This document shows, piece after piece, positions 58,766-64,000 of a stretch of 64,000 nucleotides of DNA. Source of the DNA: Dendronephthya gigantea (taxonomy: Eukaryota). The stretch's first letter is position 1, and the number at the start of each line of letters is the position of its first letter. Position numbers and translations under genes: made by a program. Below the pieces are notes generated by a model, which saw only the letters and a program-made list of their open reading frames with translations, ran no database searches and was not told the DNA's origin. The DNA is taken from assembly GCF_004324835.1 (NCBI RefSeq), contig NW_021163190.1, positions 255,242-319,241 on the forward strand. The letters run 5' to 3'.

Positions 58766-59079
58766 GGTTTATTTGCTCAAAAAACAGATATAAAAGCGAT
58801 AATATTGAACAGGAGAAGCACAGCGCGAATGCGGATTGCAATATGTAAACAGCTTGGAAAAGCTGTATAATATTTACATATTAACTCGTTGCAAGGGTGA
58901 TAACTATTGTTATTAATACTATCGGTTAATAATTAATGACCATATATAGAGCCAAGATTCAACGTATTATACATATGCGGATAATCCCTTAGATAATCCG
59001 GTAAAGTTAATCCGGTAGAATTAATCAGTAGCAGTAATCAGTGAGCTCACTGGCAGTAATATCCAGATTCAACGAATGT

Positions 59080-59230
59080 GATCCTAAACCCTAGAGAATT
59101 AGGTTTAAAATAGATTAAGGATTAGACTAACTCATTAAAGATTAGATTAGATTCGGTCAATGGTTAGAACTTAGAATGAAAGCTTGCATTGTAGAATATG
59201 GATATAGGATTATCTGATTTAATTTCGTTG
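59080..59230. repeat. degenerate telomere-like island (cctaaaccctag, attaggttt, attaaggattag, agattagattag, tggttag) with an inverted ataggattatctg / cagataatcctat pair, directly upstream of the FDX2 promoter
   Basis: Seen directly; contains AAACCCTA. Confidence 0.5.
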
Positions 59231-59279
59231 AGATCCAGATAATCCTATGTCTATGTTAATAATATATACAATGCAAGCC

Positions 59280-59610
59280 TTATCTAGATATGGTAGCCCA
59301 CCCCATAGGGAACACCAGCTACATGATCAGTGATGGTACCACTACACGTTAACGATACCCCCCGCCCTCCTCATAGCCCACAGACGTCACTCGAGTTTTT
59401 TAAATTTCAATGAAGTAATATTACCCTCCTATATTGACCGCCAACCCACGCCACAAGGCCAGAGGGCCCCGCCCCTCCCCCTATCGCGTGCGACCCCCTC
59501 TGGCAAGCAGTTCAAGTATGCCTAAAGTACTTGACCTTTGTACGTTGGAGCTCTCTTTATATCTCATTTCCATATTTCATTGAAATTTGAATAAATATTC
59601 AATACAAATA
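59280..59610 (+). promoter_or_regulatory. GC-rich putative FDX2 promoter (GC-box ggccccgcccctcccc, CRE-like gacgtcac)
   Basis: Only GC-rich, CpG-containing stretch in the region, immediately 5' of the ATG at 59613. Confidence 0.3.
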
Positions 59611-59612
59611 AA

Positions 59613-59779
59613 ATGGCTCATCTTCGAAGACTCGCATCGCTTTCCACGAGAAGATCTTTGAGGAAATCCTTGTCAAGTTACTTGTATTCGTCTTCGACAA
59701 AACTTCAAAACAACGTCGCTTTATGTGGTACCACTTATCGTCATGTTAGTTCGAGTGGAGCAAAATTACAGCCGGACAC
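59613..59779 (+). CDS. FDX2: FDX2 exon 1
   Basis: ATG at 59613; donor GTAAGT at 59780. Confidence 0.75.
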
Positions 59780-61158
59780 GTAAGTCGATGAAAATGTATA
59801 TTTAAATATGTATATATTTCACGTTTTAGTGTTTACTCGAAGTCATATGGCGATTGAGTGATTAATTAAAACGAATTCCCGTTTTTATGTAATTCTTCAA
59901 TGTTCACTTGGCTATATTTTGCTAAAAAAAACGACACCAACAATAATTTTACTCATGGGAAGAGTTGTTAACCCATTAGCTTGCAATGCACCCAGATGTG
60001 ACCTATTTAAGTATTTTACTCTGTCTAATGTCAGATGATTTTACTCATCAGTGGAAGAATACTGTCAGTTAATAAGTTAACAAAACTATCTGTCAGTGTC
60101 TCTTGTTAACCCATTAGCTTGCAATGCACCCAGATGTGACCTATTTAAGTATTTTACTCTGTCTAATGTCAGATGATTTTACTCATCAGTGGAAGAGTAC
60201 TGTCAGTTAATAAGTTAACAAAACTATCTGTCAGTGTCTCTTGTTAACCCATTAGCTTGCAATGCACCCAGATGTGTTTTTTTAGTTTTCAAATAATTTA
60301 GGAGGATATTGCCTCCTTTTGACTGGCCAACCAGTGACTGGCACCGGATTTCACGGCTTCAAAGGTTTGTTTGTTTCTTCTCCAGAGCATCAATCACATT
60401 TCACGATCGAGATGGCGACAAGAAAACAGTTTCAGCCAAATATGGAGATTCACTTCTTGATGTTGCAAAGAATAATGATATTGATTTGGAAGGTAAGAAT
60501 GACTACACTGCTCTCTTTTAGCCATGAGTTTATTAACACGTTTTGAATATCTTCTCTTCATCAAATTTCACATCGAGGTGCTTGTGAAGGAACTCTGAGC
60601 TGTTCAACTTGTCATCTTATATTTGATCCGGACGAATTTGCCAAGTTGGATCTACCTGAACCAGATGATGAAGAACTAGATATGCTTGATCTGGCCTATG
60701 GTTTGACACCAACGTAAGAGATGATCCTTACTGGACCTCTAGGAAGAACAGTTTAGAACTGATAGAACTATCCAGTATAAATAAAGTTAGTTTAGTTTAG
60801 GTTTCCTCCTGTAGTAACATTGGATCAATAAGAGATGATCCTTACTGGAACTCTAGGAAGAACAGTTAAGAACTGATAGAGTTATCCAGTATAAATAAAG
60901 TTAGTTTAGTTTAGGTTTCCTCCTGTAGTAACACTGGATCAATAAGAGAAGATCCTTACTGGACCTCTAGGAAGAACAGTTTAGAACTGATAGAGCTATC
61001 CAGTATAAATAAAGTTAGTTTAGTTTAGGTTTCCTCCTGTAGTAACACTGGATTTTTTCTCCAGATCAAGACTAGGATGTCAGGTTGACGTAACTGAAAA
61101 GTTTGATGGAATTACTGTAAAAGTACCTGAAGCAACGAGAGACGCAAGAGATTTGTAA
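59613..61158 (+). CDS. FDX2: mitochondrial [2Fe-2S] ferredoxin (adrenodoxin-type, FDX2-like), 4 exons: 59613-59779, 60302-60492, 60578-60713, 61065-61158
   Basis: Spliced product [20 protein letters not shown]... (transit peptide) ...[109 protein letters not shown]; cluster-ligating Cys motif [11 protein letters not shown]...C; junctions cacg|GTAAGT, tttag|G, GAAG|GTAAGA, cgag|GT, ACG|GTAAGAG, ttctccag|A with consistent phases. Confidence 0.85.
59965..60285. repeat. SatB (about 2.2 units) filling most of FDX2 intron 1
   Basis: SatB homology. Confidence 0.9.
60302..60492 (+). CDS. FDX2: FDX2 exon 2
   Basis: ORF 60309-60521 frame; donor GTAAGA at 60493. Confidence 0.8.
60578..60713 (+). CDS. 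FDX2: FDX2 exon 3 (Cys ligands)
   Basis: Acceptor catcgag|; donor GT at 60714, which is the first base pair of a SatA unit. Confidence 0.85.
60717..61060. repeat. SatA (about 3 units) making up essentially the whole of FDX2 intron 3 (60714-61064)
   Basis: The intron starts gtaagagatgatccttactgg (the SatA unit has caataagagatgatccttactgg) and ends ..tagtaacactggattttttctccag. Confidence 0.9.
61065..61158 (+). CDS. FDX2: FDX2 exon 4 (stop TAA at 61156-61158)
   Basis: Acceptor ttttttctccag|ATCAAGACTAGGATGTCAGG. Confidence 0.85.
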
Positions 61159-61574
61159 CCGCCTCTGGAAATGGAATTTACTGTGGATGTAACATTAAAT
61201 ATTCTAAACATGCTACAAACGTGTGAAACTTCTAGCAATAAATTTTATTATTTTAATAATTTATTGTACCTGAGGATGGCCGCGCTATTGACATAATTTT
61301 TCTGTCTTCCAAATACTACAGTATTTTGATAATAATAAATGTATTTTATTATTTCTGGTTTCTTCTGTGGCAATATCATTGAATGAAGAGTATTTAGAAT
61401 ATTGTGAATGTTTTATCAGTTGAGATTATGTACAAACATAAATATGTCTAATGTTTACTAAGTCATTTTCTGCAGTCCATTGCTCAAGTCAGACATAACC
61501 AATGCCTACATCAATACAATTTCCTGATAAATATGTACTCTCTCATATTTCCAACATTATAACAATTTTCTCAG

Positions 61575-61925
61575 TTAATAGTTAACAAAACTATCTGTCA
61601 GTGTCTCTTGTTAACCCATTAGCTTGCAATGCACCCAGATGTGACATACTTTAGTATTTTACTCGGTCTAATGTCAGATGATTTTACTCATCAGTGGAAG
61701 AGTATTGTCAGTTAATAAGTTAACAAAACTATCTGTCAGTGTCTCTTGTTAACCCATTAGCTTGCAATGCACCCAGATGTGGCCTACTTTAGTATTCTAC
61801 TCTGTCTAATGTCAGATGATTTTACTCTTCAGTGAAAGAGTACTGTCAGTTAATGAGTTAACAAAACTATCTGTCAGTGTCTCTTGTTAACCCATTAGCT
61901 TGCAATGCATCTGAATGTAATCTAT
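61575..61925. repeat. SatB array (about 2.4 units)
   Basis: SatB homology. Confidence 0.9.
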
Positions 61926-62149
61926 TAAGACATTAAGTTATGTTTCTTCATTTTTTCACTGTCTATTATTGACCAATCTCATGATGAAGCACCCCACAGT
62001 TCCTGTCAGCTCTCATTCGTCTGATCATCGCCTGGTGCCTTCTTCTCATTGTGTGTTCCTAAAATGTCCTTTTCAACCTCTTCTAGACTGATATTTTTAT
62101 CATTCAAGGCCTTCTACAAAACAAACAATAGGAAATCTATCAAAATTAT

Positions 62150-62760
62150 ATCTTTTGTTAACTCATTAGCTTGCAATGCACCCAGATATGACCTATTTTA
62201 GTATTTTACTCTGTCTAATGCCAGATGATTTTACTCATCAGTGGAAGAGTACTGTCAGTTAATAAGTTAACAAAACTATCTGTCAGTGTCTCTTGTTAAC
62301 CCATTAGCTTGCAATGCACCCAGATGTGACCTACTTTAGTATTTTACTCTGTCTAATGTGAGATGATTTTACTCATCAGTGAAAGAGTACTGTCAGTTAA
62401 TAAGTTAACAAAACATCTGTCAGTGTCTTTTGTTAACCCATTAGCTTGCAATGCACCCAGATGTGACCTACTTTAGTATTTTACTCTGTCTAATGCCAGA
62501 TGATTTTACTCATCAGTGGAAGAGTACTGTCAGTTAATAAGTTAACAAAACATCTGTCAGTGTCTTTTGTTAACCCATTAGCTTGCAATGCACCCAGATG
62601 TGACCTACTTTAGTATTTTACTCTGTCTAATGCCAGATGATTTTACTCATCAGTGGAAGAGTACTGTCAGTTAATAAGTTAACAAAACATCTGTCAGTGT
62701 CTTTTGTTAACCCATTAGCTTGCAATGCACCCAGATGTGACCTACTTTAGTGTTTTATAA
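62150..62760. repeat. SatB array (about 4 units)
   Basis: SatB homology. Confidence 0.9.
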
Positions 62761-63039
62761 ATCTTTGTGTTAATCTGAGCTTACCAAGACACAGGCCCGA
62801 TACGACTTGAACAATTTTTCACATGGTTCTGATTTAGTGTCGCCACGAAGGAAGTTTTCTGTGTACCAAGTATTGAAACATATATCATATTTTTTCTTTA
62901 GGTCATTGCATTCTTCAGAAATACTGTTCATGATTTCTTTAATACAATGTTTCAGTTTTCACCACCCCTCTAATGATTAAAATTGGAACAAATTTTATGT
63001 TTGAGTTTGACAGTACAGCATATATAAAGCTCAGTTGAA

Positions 63040-63260
63040 AAATCTGGCAATAATAATCCATGCTCAGCAAATCCTAATCCACGAATTTAATCCATGAGAT
63101 TAAGCTAGGATTAATTCAGGTTTTGTTCTGATTGGTTCTGATTGCGACTTCTGAGAATCTGAGCAATCACAGAATTCTCAATTTTTTATTTTATGGTTAC
63201 ATTTAGGATTAGGGGTGTGACTAATCATCCACAACCTAATCTAAGCCCTAATCCGAACCT
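63040..63260. repeat. degenerate telomere-like island (aatcctaatcc..., ttaggattagggg, ccctaatcc, cctaatc) flanking a central pair of CCAAT boxes (ctgattggttctgattg), directly upstream of the MSTO1 start
   Basis: Seen directly. Confidence 0.5.
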
Positions 63261-63324
63261 AATCTCAAGGAATAAACTCGTGTATTTAGGATTACGGAAT
63301 CTGTTTCGTGAGGTCAATTCAGAA

Positions 63325-63915
63325 ATGGCGGATCAAGGAGAAAGTCTGGATTTAGCTTCTCCTAAAGAGAGAGAAGTTATCACTTTTCAAGTTGGAAATT
63401 ACAGCAATTTTGTCGGCGGACACTACTGGAATTTACAAGAGAGCTTGTTCAAAGAGGCCTCTGCTAAAAAGAACTCTTTTAATGAACTCTCGCAGGATAT
63501 TTTGTACAGACACGGGTTGAATTTTGAAACTGGTCGAAGCTCATATAAGCCTCGTGTTGTATCATTTGACTTGAAAGAAAACGTTAGAAACTTTCCTAGC
63601 GCAGATGAAACGGCAACAGACGATACTGATGATGGTATTTTTTGGGATGGAAATGTGGAGAAATACGACAGAGGAAGTAAAAATAGCGGTTCAAATACAG
63701 CCGATGAAGTTGGTTTATTTTGGACAGATTTCACGTTGTCTTGTTTCCACGATAAATCTTCGCAAGTCGTTGACCTTCTGCATAATCAGATGTCTGAAGG
63801 ATTTGATCATTTTGGCTGTGGAGAGATGCTCTTTAAGTCTGGAAAGTTTTACAACGAGTTCGAGGACAGGCTGCACTTTTTTTCAGAGGAGTGCGATAGG
63901 TTACAAGGCTTTCAG
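63325..63915 (+). CDS. MSTO1: misato (MSTO1/DML1) homolog, first coding exon (197 codons); the gene continues beyond the window
   Basis: ORF 63193-63951; Met at 63325 begins MADQGESLDLASPKEREVITFQVGNYSNFVGGHYWNLQE (misato N-terminal tubulin-like motif); ..EFEDRLHFFSEECDRLQGFQ| then donor GTCTGT at 63916. Confidence 0.85.
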
Positions 63916-63919
63916 GTCT

Positions 63920-64000
63920 GTTTTTTACAGTACTCTTCCACTGATGAGTAAAATCATTTGACATTAGACAGAGTAAAATACTAAAGTAGGTCACATCTGG
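63920..64000. repeat. SatB (reverse orientation) starting 4-10 nt downstream of the MSTO1 exon-1 donor
   Basis: gtactcttccactgatgagtaaaatcatttgacattagacagagtaaaatactaaagtaggtcacatctgg is the reverse complement of the SatB unit. Confidence 0.85.

Noticed and set aside
63193-63324. 5' extension of the misato ORF (MVTFRIRGVTNHPQPNLSPNPNL...)
   Set aside because: It is translated from the telomere-like/CCAAT promoter region. Homology to misato starts at the Met at 63325

Overview
Eukaryotic (most likely marine-invertebrate metazoan) nuclear DNA, about 60% AT, gene-dense and with intron-rich genes whose introns consist mostly of tandem repeats. Gene content read directly from sequence and splice-site phases: (1) at 0-7 kb, four or five small single-exon secreted-protein genes, including a paralog pair at 100-540 and 4460-4870; (2) at 8.9-44.6 kb, minus strand, a roughly 36 kb multi-exon homolog of vault poly(ADP-ribose) polymerase (PARP4/vPARP). 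Its domain order is BRCT, then PARP regulatory and catalytic domains, then VIT, then VWA, then a Pro-rich region, then the conserved C-terminal tail. Two tandem intronless RING/TRAF-zinc-finger/coiled-coil/Kelch genes (one with a premature stop) lie nested in its largest intron, and a tandemly amplified array of phase 1-1 exon modules encodes FG/Pro-rich repeats; (3) at 45.4-52.5 kb, minus strand, a 14-exon eIF2-gamma (EIF2S3) gene; (4) at 53.6-58.8 kb, minus strand, a 6-exon type-I single-pass membrane protein gene of unknown family; (5) at 59.6-61.2 kb, plus strand, a 4-exon mitochondrial [2Fe-2S] ferredoxin (FDX2-like) gene; (6) from 63.3 kb, plus strand, the first exon of a misato (MSTO1) homolog. 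The repeat landscape is dominated by two dispersed tandem-repeat families (SatA, unit about 115 bp; SatB, unit about 148 bp) that fill whole introns of at least four genes and sit within 0-50 nt of splice sites. Also present are several minisatellites (26, 39, 78 and about 15-22 bp units), at least four MITE/foldback families, exon-derived satellites, and degenerate head-to-head telomere-like (TTAGG/TTAGGG) islands. No prokaryotic features (operons, CRISPR, RBS) are present. Exon coordinates marked approx may be off by a few nt.
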